DNA from: Oscillospiraceae bacterium
GTDB taxonomy: Bacteria; Bacillota; Clostridia; Oscillospirales; Oscillospiraceae
NCBI GenBank assembly: GCA_902799075.1
Contig: CADBYZ010000004.1
Location: 1,294 to 65,293, forward strand
Direction of reading: 5' to 3'
Length of the DNA stretch: 64,000 nt
The notes beneath the pieces are model-generated. The model was given only the letters and a program-made list of their open reading frames with translations, searched no databases and was not told the DNA's origin. Shown piece by piece: positions 27,453 through 35,871 of the stretch (positions within the stretch are counted from its first letter, which is position 1; each line of letters opens with the position of its first letter). A program made the translations under genes and the position numbers.

Positions 27453-28808
27453 ATGAGCTATCTTCTCAACAGCAGCGAAATTCTGCAGACCATCCAGATG
27501 ATCAACCAGCAGCATCTGGACGTGCGCACCATCACCATGGGCATAAGTCTCCTGGACTGCGCGGACACGGACATGGACGCCTGCTGCCGCAAAATCTATG
27601 ACAAAATCTGCCGCTGTGCCGGGAACCTCGTCAAAACCGGCTGCGACATTGAGGACGAGTTCGGCATCCCCATCGTCAACAAGCGCATCTCCGTGACGCC
27701 CGTTTCGCTGGTCGCGGCGGCCTGCGCCGGGGAGGATTACGCCCCCATCGCCCGCACCCTCGATAAAGCGGCAAAGGAGACCGGCGTCAACTTCATCGGC
27801 GGCTTCTCGGCCCTCTGCCACAAGGGCTTTACCGATAGCGATCTGCAGCTCATCCGCTCTCTGCCCGGGGCTTTGAGCGAAACCGAGCTTGTGTGCGCGA
27901 GCGTCAATGTCGGCTCCACCAGGGCCGGCATCAACATGGACGCCGTGGCCCTCATGGGCAGGATCATCAAGGAGACCGCCGAGCGCGGCTTCATGGGCTG
28001 TGCCAAGCTCGTGGTGTTTGCCAACGCCGTGGAGGACAACCCCTTCATGGCGGGCGCCTTCCACGGCGTGGGCGAGCCGGAGACCGTTATCAACGTGGGC
28101 GTTTCCGGCCCCGGCGTTGTGGCCCACGCGCTCAAGGAGTGCAAGGGCGAGAGCTTTGACGTGGTGGCCGAGACCATCAAGCGCACCGCCTTCAAGATCA
28201 CCCGCATGGGCGAGCTGGTGGCGCAGGAGGCGTCCCGCCGCCTGGGCGTGCCCTTCGGCGTGGTGGACCTGTCTCTGGCCCCCACCCCCGCCATCGGCGA
28301 CAGCGTGGCCGAGATTTTGGAGATCATGGGCCTGGAGCGCTGCGGCGGGCACGGCACGACGGCGGCCCTCGCGCTTCTAAACGACGCGGTCAAAAAGGGC
28401 GGCGTGATGGCGTCGTCCCATGTGGGCGGCCTCTCCGGCGCGTTCATCCCGGTGTCCGAGGACGCGGGCATGATCGCCTCGGCCAAGGAAGGGACGCTCT
28501 GCATCGACAAGCTTGAGGCCATGACCTGCGTGTGCTCCGTGGGCCTTGACATGATCGCCGTCCCCGGCGACACCGACGCCGACACCATCTCCGCCGTCAT
28601 CGCCGACGAGGCCGCCATCGGCATGGTCAACAACAAGACCACCGCCGTGCGCATCATCCCCGTCAAGGGCAGGACCGTGGGCGACAGCGTGGACTTCGGC
28701 GGGCTGCTGGGCTCGGCGCCCATCATGCCGCTGCACCGCGGCAGCGCGAGTGAGTTCATCGCCCGCGGCGGCAGAATACCGGCGCCGCTGCACAGTCTGA
28801 GGAACTGA
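27453..28808 (+). CDS. UPF0210 / DUF711 (PFL-like) protein
   Basis: 451 aa with [13 protein letters not shown] and [13 protein letters not shown]. Conserved pair with the upstream ACT gene. Confidence 0.85.
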   Translation: MSYLLNSSEILQTIQMINQQHLDVRTITMGISLLDCADTDMDACCRKIYDKICRCAGNLVKTGCDIEDEFGIPIVNKRISVTPVSLVAAACAGEDYAPIARTLDKAAKETGVNFIGGFSALCHKGFTDSDLQLIRSLPGALSETELVCASVNVGSTRAGINMDAVALMGRIIKETAERGFMGCAKLVVFANAVEDNPFMAGAFHGVGEPETVINVGVSGPGVVAHALKECKGESFDVVAETIKRTAFKITRMGELVAQEASRRLGVPFGVVDLSLAPTPAIGDSVAEILEIMGLERCGGHGTTAALALLNDAVKKGGVMASSHVGGLSGAFIPVSEDAGMIASAKEGTLCIDKLEAMTCVCSVGLDMIAVPGDTDADTISAVIADEAAIGMVNNKTTAVRIIPVKGRTVGDSVDFGGLLGSAPIMPLHRGSASEFIARGGRIPAPLHSLRN

Positions 28809-28831
28809 GCATCTTGATTCCTATGTTTTTC

Positions 28832-28860
28832 TTGACAAGGATGCCTGCACTCGCTATAAT
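28832..28860 (+). promoter_or_regulatory. consensus sigma-A promoter
   Basis: TTGACA (28832-28837), exactly 17 nt of spacer, TATAAT (28855-28860). Confidence 0.65.
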
Positions 28861-28866
28861 GAAAAT

Positions 28867-28959
28867 ATAAAAGGCGTTGCCTGAATGCGGCTCCGCCCGT
28901 TAGGTTTTCTACAAAATATTAGAAACCGTCACTGGCCAGAGTGGCGGTTTCTGCTTTTT
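28867..28959 (+). ncRNA. candidate short transcript or cis-regulatory leader (unclassified)
   Basis: Bounded by the consensus promoter and by the hairpin AGAAACCGTCAC-tggccaga-GTGGCGGTTTCT plus GCTTTTT (28921-28959). Composition is AT-richer than the coding DNA. No Rfam family recognised by eye. Confidence 0.3.
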
Positions 28960-29091
28960 ACCGTGACCGTAACCGTATATCCGAGGATATGGAAGGTCAA
29001 TGTAATCGGCATCAGCAACACCTCCTTTCGGAGATGTGGCGGAACCGCCTTTATCGCGTGGCAACGCCCCGTCAAGATAGTACTGTATGTT

Positions 29092-30606
29092 ATGAGATTT
29101 GTCAATCAAATATCGACTCATATGGAAATAAAACGACTTTACAATGAAAATCGCCTGCCCTTCTTTTCCGCTTTGGGCTTTTCGCTTCTGGCTTACGGCT
29201 TCTGCATGACGAACAAGATCCCCGTGGGCGATGATCTGAACCCCCTGGGCCTCTTCGGCAAGGGGATCACCACGCCCTCCGGGCGCTACGGACTGGAGCT
29301 TCTGCGCTTCGTGATGCCCGATGTGTCCATGCCCTGGATCTACGGGCTCATGAGCATCCTGCTGCTCGCGGCGGCGGTGTGCATCACGGTACGGCTTTTT
29401 GAGATCAAGAGCCCGGTTTTGCAGATCCTGCTTGCCGGGGCCTTTGTCAGCTTCCCCGCCCAGGCGGGCACCATGCTCTATACCTTCACCGCCGCGCCCT
29501 ACGCCGTCTCTCTGCTGCTGACCGTGACGGGCGTGTGGTACTTTATCACGGGCAGGCGCGGACGCTGGATCGCCGCTCCCCTGCTCATCGGCTTTTCGTG
29601 CAGCATCTATCAGGGCTACTTCTCCATAGCTGCCAGCTTCTGCGTGATCTATATGATCGTGCAGCTCTGCCGCACAAAAAAAACCGCGCTCACGATTTTC
29701 CGCGAGGGCGTGATGATGCTCGCGATGCTGCTGCTTGCGCTCGCGCTTTACGGTCTTGCGCTGCTGGCGGCGCTGAAGCTGCTGAATCTCCCTCTTCTGC
29801 AGGAGGCCGTCAACGATTCCCTGAGCTTCCCGCGCCGCTTTCTGGTGGTGTACAAGTCCTGGCTCATGACCTTCCTCGACGGGCGCTTCGGCTATGTGCC
29901 GAACAAGGTCTCGCGCGTGATGCACCTGGCGCTGCTGCTTATCGTCGGTGTCACGATGCTCGCGCAGCTTCGGAAAAAGGGCGACCTGCCCTCCCTCGCT
30001 CTTGCGGGGCTGTGCCTGTTTCTCTGGCCGTTGAGCTGCTACTGCCTGTACCTGCTGGCGGACAGCGGCTTCATCCACTCCCTGTCGCTTTACAGCTTCG
30101 CGTCGCTGTACGTGCTGTGCGCGGCGCTTCTGGACGGATGGTCCCCCGCTCCGGCCCCGGCGCTTAAACGCCTCGCGGCGCTCGCGCTCGCGGTGATCCT
30201 CTGCGGGAACATCTATTGCGCAAACGCCCTGTATCTGCGCTATTATCTGCGCTTTGAGGAGCTCAAGAGCTTCTATACCACGCTGCTCACGCGCGTGATG
30301 GAGACCCCGGGCTTTGCCGAGGGCGACCGCCTTGCCATCGTGGGCGACGCCCCCGCGCTCAGCTACGACATCGACCGGCACTTCACCGACGCGCCGCTGC
30401 AGCTTCCGAGTCTGGAGCTGGGGAGCGTGGCCTACGCCGAGGACATCATCAGTCAGTATCTGGGCTGTGACATCCCCTTCGCCTCGGAGGAAGAGGCGGC
30501 GGCGCTGGAGACGGACGGCATGCCCGTCTACCCCTATGACGGTTCGGTCAAACGCATGGGGGATGTGATCGCGGTCAAATTTTCTGCCAAGGAGGCCGAC
30601 GCATGA
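29092..30606 (+). CDS. polytopic membrane protein, GtrII-like glucosyltransferase-domain candidate
   Basis: More than 10 predicted TM helices. The N-terminus (NRLPFFSALGFSLLAYGF..PVGDDL) resembles the glucosyltransferase GtrII family. Start is uncertain (ATG at 29092 or 29122); I judge the track start at 28885 to be non-coding. Confidence 0.5.
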   Translation: MRFVNQISTHMEIKRLYNENRLPFFSALGFSLLAYGFCMTNKIPVGDDLNPLGLFGKGITTPSGRYGLELLRFVMPDVSMPWIYGLMSILLLAAAVCITVRLFEIKSPVLQILLAGAFVSFPAQAGTMLYTFTAAPYAVSLLLTVTGVWYFITGRRGRWIAAPLLIGFSCSIYQGYFSIAASFCVIYMIVQLCRTKKTALTIFREGVMMLAMLLLALALYGLALLAALKLLNLPLLQEAVNDSLSFPRRFLVVYKSWLMTFLDGRFGYVPNKVSRVMHLALLLIVGVTMLAQLRKKGDLPSLALAGLCLFLWPLSCYCLYLLADSGFIHSLSLYSFASLYVLCAALLDGWSPAPAPALKRLAALALAVILCGNIYCANALYLRYYLRFEELKSFYTTLLTRVMETPGFAEGDRLAIVGDAPALSYDIDRHFTDAPLQLPSLELGSVAYAEDIISQYLGCDIPFASEEEAAALETDGMPVYPYDGSVKRMGDVIAVKFSAKEADA

Positions 30607-31616
30607 GAAAAGCGAGTCTTGACGTATGCCGGGTGCTGGCCTGCATGATGGTGGTGCTGGGGCACACGGGGATGCTGTTCTGGGACTTCGATCCCGCCGC
30701 CCCCGCCTGGGCCGTCTACAACCTGCTGTGCGTGTTTCTGCGCTCGTCGGTGCTGCTGTTTTTCATGGTCAGCGGCACGCTTTTCCTGGGCCGGGAGAAG
30801 CTGGATTTCAAAAAGCACCTCAAAAGAGCCGGACACATGCTGGTGCTGTATTATGTCTGGTCATTGATCTTAAACGGCATCGACGCCCTGTTCCTCCACT
30901 ACCATACACCGGGCGAGGACTTTCTTTCGCTGGTGCTGCGGGGCTACTTCCATCTGTGGTTCCTGCCCACGATGGCGATGAGCTACTGCGCCCTGCCGCT
31001 TCTGCACGGGATGCTGCACAACAATCACGACAATGTGCGTCGCGGCGCGATCCTGCTTGCCGCCATCGTCTGCGTGCAGGCGACCTTGAACGCACTGCCC
31101 GATAAGCCCGAATGGCTTGCGGCCCTCATTGCGCCCTACGATTTTCGCTATTACCGCTACTTTGTGATGATGCCGCTGGGCTATGTGCTATATAAGGAGA
31201 CGCTATCCAAAAAACAGCTCGCGTCCCTGGGCTGCGCCTCTCTCGCGGCGGCGCTGCTGATCGCGTTTCTCAACCGGCGCTACGCGATCTCCATCGGCGC
31301 GGCCTCGGATGCCCTGTATGAGGATCTGTCGATCTCCTCCGCGCTCACGGCGGCTTTCATTTTCTGCCTGTGCAAGCGCATCGAGACCCTGCCGCCGAAG
31401 CTCTGGAGCTTTGTCAAGACCTTCTCGGCCTGCTCCTTCGGGATGTACCTCATGCATCCCATCTTCCTCGACGCCGTGCGCAGCCGGCACTTTGACCTCA
31501 CGCAGTACAGCGCCGTGTGGCTCTACCCGCTGTGCTACGCCTGCTTCCTGCTGCTGCCCGCGTGCCTGACCTGGGTCATGCTGAAGATCCCGGGACTGCG
31601 GAAGCTGGTCACATGA
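30603..31616 (+). CDS. acyltransferase family 3 membrane protein (paralog 2 of 3)
   Basis: LDVCRVLACMMVVLGHT, polytopic. Overlaps the upstream stop by 4 nt. Confidence 0.8.
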   Translation: MRKASLDVCRVLACMMVVLGHTGMLFWDFDPAAPAWAVYNLLCVFLRSSVLLFFMVSGTLFLGREKLDFKKHLKRAGHMLVLYYVWSLILNGIDALFLHYHTPGEDFLSLVLRGYFHLWFLPTMAMSYCALPLLHGMLHNNHDNVRRGAILLAAIVCVQATLNALPDKPEWLAALIAPYDFRYYRYFVMMPLGYVLYKETLSKKQLASLGCASLAAALLIAFLNRRYAISIGAASDALYEDLSISSALTAAFIFCLCKRIETLPPKLWSFVKTFSACSFGMYLMHPIFLDAVRSRHFDLTQYSAVWLYPLCYACFLLLPACLTWVMLKIPGLRKLVT

Positions 31617-31644
31617 AAAATGGAGTTGTGAAAAAAACCACTTG

Positions 31645-31800
31645 ACATTGTAGGGGCCGACGCCCTCGGCGGCCCGGCAGTAGAGTCTGAATAATTGTAC
31701 TTATCCCCGGCGAATTCGTACAATTGTACGTTTTCGCCGGGGATTTCTGCATATTTTCAAGTTGTACCGCGCGGGCCGCCGAGGGCGTCGGCCCCTACGA
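31645..31800. mobile_element. family B MITE-like element, copy B2 (opposite orientation to B1)
   Basis: The same 27-bp terminal inverted repeats at 31650-31676 and 31772-31798. The interior holds a nested palindrome, TCCCCGGCGAA..GTACAATTGTAC..TTCGCCGGGGA. Confidence 0.6.
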
Positions 31801-31813
31801 AACAGGCACTTTA

Positions 31814-32665
31814 TTATGGGTAGCTGCGCCCCAGCACTTCCCCGAGCTTTACCGGGGTCTCGAGGCCGTTTTCGGTGTTTTCAAAGAGCTCTCTGTCCAG
31901 CTCCGCGCGGTCCTTCCGCAAAAGCAGGACCACCGTGCTGCCGCCGTAGAGGAAGCGTCCCTTTTCCTCGCCGCGCCGGAACGTGACGCCCGCGCCCTTG
32001 TAATTCTCCACGCGCCCGACCAGCATGGCGCCGACCTCGATCTGGGCAAGGCGGCCGAAGTTTTTCGTGTCCATGACCGTATACTCCCGGCAGTTGCGGA
32101 TGAAGACCGGCAGGGCCGCGAGCGCGATGGGCCGCACGGTGTGAAGCTCACCGGGCAGGAAACGCCTGCTCACGATCACCCCGTCGTCTGCGTAGGCGTA
32201 GCGGTGGTAGTGCTGCACGCACAGGCGGAAGACCAAGCACACGCCGTCTTGAAAATCCGCGGCGGCGGGATCATTGCCGAGCAGGTCCGCGATGGTGTAG
32301 CGGCTCTGCTTGATGGGCAGGACGAGGCCGTCCGTGATTTGATAGGCGCTCAGAAGCCCGTCGCAGGGGGCCATGAAGCTTTCAGCCTCGTCCGGGACGG
32401 GGCGCAGGCTTTTGCGGATCGGGCGGCAGAAAAAGGCGTTGAAGCAGTCGTACCTCACCGGCAGATAGTCCGCCATATTGATGCCGACGGCGCGGGCAAA
32501 GGGCTTAATGAGCGGACGCGACAGCGGCGAGTCCATGAATCTGCCCGCAAGCTTTGATACCGGGCGGGAGGCGGCGATTTTCAGCAGGCCCCGCCCCGCC
32601 TTCTTTTCATATAAAAAACGCAGCGCCGCCCCGGCGGGGAGCGGCGCGATGCCCTGACGCTTCAT
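31814..32665 (-). CDS. psd: phosphatidylserine decarboxylase proenzyme
   Basis: Self-cleavage motif GGST (FLYGGSTVVLLL). Overlaps the pssA stop. Confidence 0.9.
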   Translation of the reverse strand: MKRQGIAPLPAGAALRFLYEKKAGRGLLKIAASRPVSKLAGRFMDSPLSRPLIKPFARAVGINMADYLPVRYDCFNAFFCRPIRKSLRPVPDEAESFMAPCDGLLSAYQITDGLVLPIKQSRYTIADLLGNDPAAADFQDGVCLVFRLCVQHYHRYAYADDGVIVSRRFLPGELHTVRPIALAALPVFIRNCREYTVMDTKNFGRLAQIEVGAMLVGRVENYKGAGVTFRRGEEKGRFLYGGSTVVLLLRKDRAELDRELFENTENGLETPVKLGEVLGRSYP

Positions 32666-33357
32666 TTCACGATCACCTTCCAGAACAGCAAAAGGAAAAA
32701 TTCCAGCGCGCCTATGCCCACCATGATGAGGATGCCGCGAAGTCCCGGCTTTGCCACCCGGATCGGTGTAATGAACAGCGCCCCCGTCAGGATGCTGGCC
32801 GCGAGGTAGACGACGGTGATGTCCGCCCTTGTCAGGTACTGCAGCAGCAGCACGAAGGGAAAAATCAGCGCCGCCGAGGTCACGGGAAGGCCCAGGTATT
32901 CCTTGCGGGCGCTTTTCTCTTTGCTCTGCCGCTCCTCCTCGGTCACGTTGTAGTAGGCCAGGCGGATCATCGCCGCCAGCACATACAGCACCAGGAAAGC
33001 ATGCAGCACAAATTTCCAGGAGGCGGTCTCCCAGCGCACGGGCAGGCCCTCCAGCATGTTCGTCAGGTACGGGGACACGCGGATGAGCGCCGCGCCGATG
33101 CAGGCGGGCAGCACGCCGAAGGCCACCAGATCGGACAGGGAATCGATCTGAATGCCGAAGTCCATCTCCATCTTGGTCCTGCCCTTTTTGGTGCGGGCGA
33201 CTTTGCCGTCAAAGGCGTCGCACAACCCGCAGAACAGCAGGAAGAGGCAGCCGTAATACGGATGCCCGCCGCCGGAGAGCGACACAACGATGCCCGTTGT
33301 TGCCGACAGCAGCGAGAAATAGGTCAGGATCACGGTATAGTCATAGAATCCGATCAT
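32662..33357 (-). CDS. pssA: CDP-diacylglycerol--serine O-phosphatidyltransferase
   Basis: CDP-alcohol motif DAFDGKVARTKKG..DSLSDLVAFG. Start trimmed to MIGFYDYTVILTY (ATG at 33357, AGGAAGG upstream). Confidence 0.85.
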   Translation of the reverse strand: MIGFYDYTVILTYFSLLSATTGIVVSLSGGGHPYYGCLFLLFCGLCDAFDGKVARTKKGRTKMEMDFGIQIDSLSDLVAFGVLPACIGAALIRVSPYLTNMLEGLPVRWETASWKFVLHAFLVLYVLAAMIRLAYYNVTEEERQSKEKSARKEYLGLPVTSAALIFPFVLLLQYLTRADITVVYLAASILTGALFITPIRVAKPGLRGILIMVGIGALEFFLLLFWKVIVK

Positions 33358-33472
33358 GGGTGTATTTCCTTCCTGAGACGCCAAAACGCAGCGCGTCCTG
33401 TATTGTCAACCTTTCGACAAAGTATCTTAACATAAGACACGCTTTTTTTCAATCCCCAAATATGCCGACCGC

Positions 33473-33697
33473 TCAGTCGCCGATGCCGCTGCGCATGATC
33501 TTGCCGAAGTTCCAGAGCCGCGCCGCGCTGCGTGCCGCTTCCGCGCGGTCTTCGGGCTTTTTATACTCGATCTGCGCCGTCTGCGCGCCGCAGTCCAGGC
33601 ACATGGCGTACCAGCACCAGCCCTGCTCCTCCTCCAGAAGCCCGGCCCCGCCGCAGTAGGGGCAGTCATGCAAAATCAGTTCCTCGTGCAGGTTCAT
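33473..33697 (-). CDS. small zinc-ribbon protein, Lar-family-like
   Basis: CPYCGG..(20 aa)..CLDCGAQT, then AARLWN, resembling Lar restriction-alleviation-type proteins. Start chosen at the ATG at 33697, 7 nt after GGAGGA. Confidence 0.45.
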   Translation of the reverse strand: MNLHEELILHDCPYCGGAGLLEEEQGWCWYAMCLDCGAQTAQIEYKKPEDRAEAARSAARLWNFGKIMRSGIGD

Positions 33698-33720
33698 GGT
33701 CATATCCTCCTGTAAACTTT

Positions 33721-34011
33721 TTACCATTCATCGTCCCGGGTGACGAAGCCGCGCTCGTCCGGCTCGACCGGGATCAGGCGGCTGTTGATGTCTTCGATGC
33801 GGATCCACGGCGCGCGCTCGAGTGTCCGGAGCACCTGGTCAAGCCGGGCCTCGGTCCCCTGCAGCTCCATGGACACGGTGCCGGTATAGTCGTTTCGCAC
33901 CCAGCCGGTACAGCCCGCGGCGTTGGCCGCCTGCCTTGCCCGCCAGCGAAATCCCACGCCCTGGACAACGCCCGAGAAGATCAGATGGCGGCGTATCAGC
34001 TTTTCCTGCAT
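33721..34011 (-). CDS. acyP: acylphosphatase
   Basis: VVQGVGFRW and GWVRN motifs, 96 aa. Confidence 0.9.
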   Translation of the reverse strand: MQEKLIRRHLIFSGVVQGVGFRWRARQAANAAGCTGWVRNDYTGTVSMELQGTEARLDQVLRTLERAPWIRIEDINSRLIPVEPDERGFVTRDDEW

Positions 34012-34087
34012 GGTTCAGACCTCCCCGGCACATTCTGTTTAATTGTACTGAATCCTCTCCCGAAAAGCAAGTGCTTTTCATAAAAAA

Positions 34088-34195
34088 GCCGTCTCAGACT
34101 TCCTGTCATCCTGAGCGGAGCGAAGGATCTTTTCCGCTGTGCTGCAGGCCAAGATCCTTCGCTGCGCTCAGAATGACACGGTACACTGAGACGGC
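34088..34195. repeat. family D long nested hairpin
   Basis: Outer stem GCCGTCTCAG / CTGAGACGGC. Inner 27-nt arms GTCATCCTGAGCGGAGCGAAGGATCTT / AAGATCCTTCGCTGCGCTCAGAATGAC match at 25 of 27 positions. Confidence 0.75.
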
Positions 34196-34214
34196 AGTCT
34201 TGAATGTTCTGTCG

Positions 34215-34436
34215 TTACTTTCTGATCTCGTCGTGGAGGATGCCCGCCACCTCGGGGACCCACTCGTGGATGAACAGGTCCGCGTCCACATTGTGCTGCT
34301 CGGCGACATACTCCTCGAGGGTTGAGCCGATGCGGTCAAAGTCCGCGCCCGTCAGCACGCCGACGCCGGCGCACACGGCACCGACCGCAATGCAGATGAC
34401 CACGATGACCAGGATGATATTCCAGCCCTTTTTCAC
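34215..34436 (-). CDS. small single-pass membrane protein
   Basis: 73 aa with an N-terminal TM helix (WNIILVIVVICIAVGAVCAGVGVL). Overlaps the upstream stop by 4 nt. Confidence 0.55.
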   Translation of the reverse strand: MKKGWNIILVIVVICIAVGAVCAGVGVLTGADFDRIGSTLEEYVAEQHNVDADLFIHEWVPEVAGILHDEIRK

Positions 34437-35650
34437 GCCGACACCTCCTTATAGCACAGCTTGCGGCCAAGCGCCAGGACCCAGCGGATGAAGCCCGGGA
34501 TCGCGCCGATCAGCAGCCAGATGAAGGTCCAGGCCAGCAGCAGACCGATGGCCGTGGCCGCCAGCGACAGACCGAACACCAGCAGGATATCCGCGAACAC
34601 CGTAAAGCCGAAGGCCGCGATCAGACCGCTGATGCCCACAAAGCCGAAAACCGCAGCCATGCTCAGTGTGAGCAGCGCCGCCCCCAGGATCAGCCCCAGG
34701 CACAGAAGCCCCAGCGGGATCGCCAGTATAATGAACAGGATCAAAAGCGGCACGTTTGCCTCCCGCTCGGCAGGGCCTGTCAGATCCGGCAGGTCCTTCA
34801 CGGAAAGCTTTTTGCGCTGCGGCTGCGTGCGGGCCGGATGCTCCTCCTGCGGCTGTATACGCGCCGGATGCTCCTCCGGCTCCAGGGACAGGGTGCTGAC
34901 ATCCACATGATGCGGCTTTTCCTGCACATGTGCGCTCGCGGGCTCTTCCTTCTTTACAGGCTGCTCCGGCAGCGGCTGGGGAGCGTCCTCATCCGGGATC
35001 GACGGGATCTGTGTCGGGGTACTCGCCGCCTGCTCAGCGGCGGCAAAATCGTCCTTGAGCGTAAAGTCCTTGAGGAAGGCGTCCACATCGGAGAGCTTGT
35101 CCGTCTCCGGGGCGGGAGCTTCCTCCGCAGCCGGGGCCACCGGCTCGACGGGAGCCTGCGGGACGGCGGGCGGCGGCACAAGGGGCGCGCTCTCGCCTTC
35201 CCTGTCCTCATCGGGGTAGAAGGCGGACTCATGGGCGGCGGGCTGTGCAGGCTCCGCGCTCTCGGTGTGGTCCTCGGGCAGGATGCCGAGGTTGAGGCTG
35301 TCAAACACATTTTCCGTGTTCGCCGGATCGTTGAAGAGGGAGACCTGCCCCTCCTCGGGCTTGGGCTCTGCGGGAATGAGCGTGAGCGCTTCGCGGCGCA
35401 GATCCTCGATCACCAGCTGATAGGCGGGCTCCTGCCCGTCGTCGGTCCGGTATTTGCGGTCCCTCGCATCATAGGCGCGGGCGAGGTTCACCGCCTGGCG
35501 CGTCGGGGAGACCAGCAGCTGGAGCACAGCCGTGTCGTTGCCCGCCTCATCAAATATGTCATTATACAGCTCGAGCGCGCGGATCCTGTCGTCATCCTGC
35601 ATGAAGGTCAGCAGTCTCCCGAGCTCTGCCAGAAATCTCTGTTTGTTAAT
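34433..35650 (-). CDS. membrane protein with DUF1700-like N-terminus, disordered Pro/Glu-rich middle and a multi-TM C-terminus
   Basis: INKQRFLAELGRLLTFMQDDDRIRALELYNDIF resembles DUF1700. Contains the tandem decapeptide EEHPAR(I/T)QPQ. The start is uncertain: no ATG lies near the GGAGG at about 35660, so ATT at 35650 is possible. Confidence 0.55.
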   Translation of the reverse strand: MNKQRFLAELGRLLTFMQDDDRIRALELYNDIFDEAGNDTAVLQLLVSPTRQAVNLARAYDARDRKYRTDDGQEPAYQLVIEDLRREALTLIPAEPKPEEGQVSLFNDPANTENVFDSLNLGILPEDHTESAEPAQPAAHESAFYPDEDREGESAPLVPPPAVPQAPVEPVAPAAEEAPAPETDKLSDVDAFLKDFTLKDDFAAAEQAASTPTQIPSIPDEDAPQPLPEQPVKKEEPASAHVQEKPHHVDVSTLSLEPEEHPARIQPQEEHPARTQPQRKKLSVKDLPDLTGPAEREANVPLLILFIILAIPLGLLCLGLILGAALLTLSMAAVFGFVGISGLIAAFGFTVFADILLVFGLSLAATAIGLLLAWTFIWLLIGAIPGFIRWVLALGRKLCYKEVSA

Positions 35651-35774
35651 AGGGGTCACCTCCAACCGGTGTTCATCGTGATTATACCTTTTCCCGTTCG
35701 TTTGGTCAAGATAAATATTACAAAAAAAAGACAAAAATTTTCGACCGGCTTCGGCAAATGAAATTTTCAAAGTC

Positions 35775-35803
35775 TTGACAAGCCTCCCTTACCGCTATAA
35801 AAT
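35775..35803 (+). promoter_or_regulatory. sigma-A-type promoter of proS
   Basis: TTGACA (35775-35780), 17-nt spacer, TAAAAT (35798-35803). Confidence 0.6.
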
Positions 35804-35871
35804 ATGTAGACACGGCGCAATGAGCCGACATTACGGCGGGGCAAGGGCCCTGGCGATTGAGAGGTAGTTTT

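Noticed and set aside
28885-29091. Track start of the GtrII-like ORF at 28885
   Set aside because: This segment contains a terminator-like hairpin plus T-tract, has AT-rich atypical codons (TTA, CTA, AGA, ATT) and lacks hydrophobic character. I treat it as leader RNA, though translation cannot be excluded without data.
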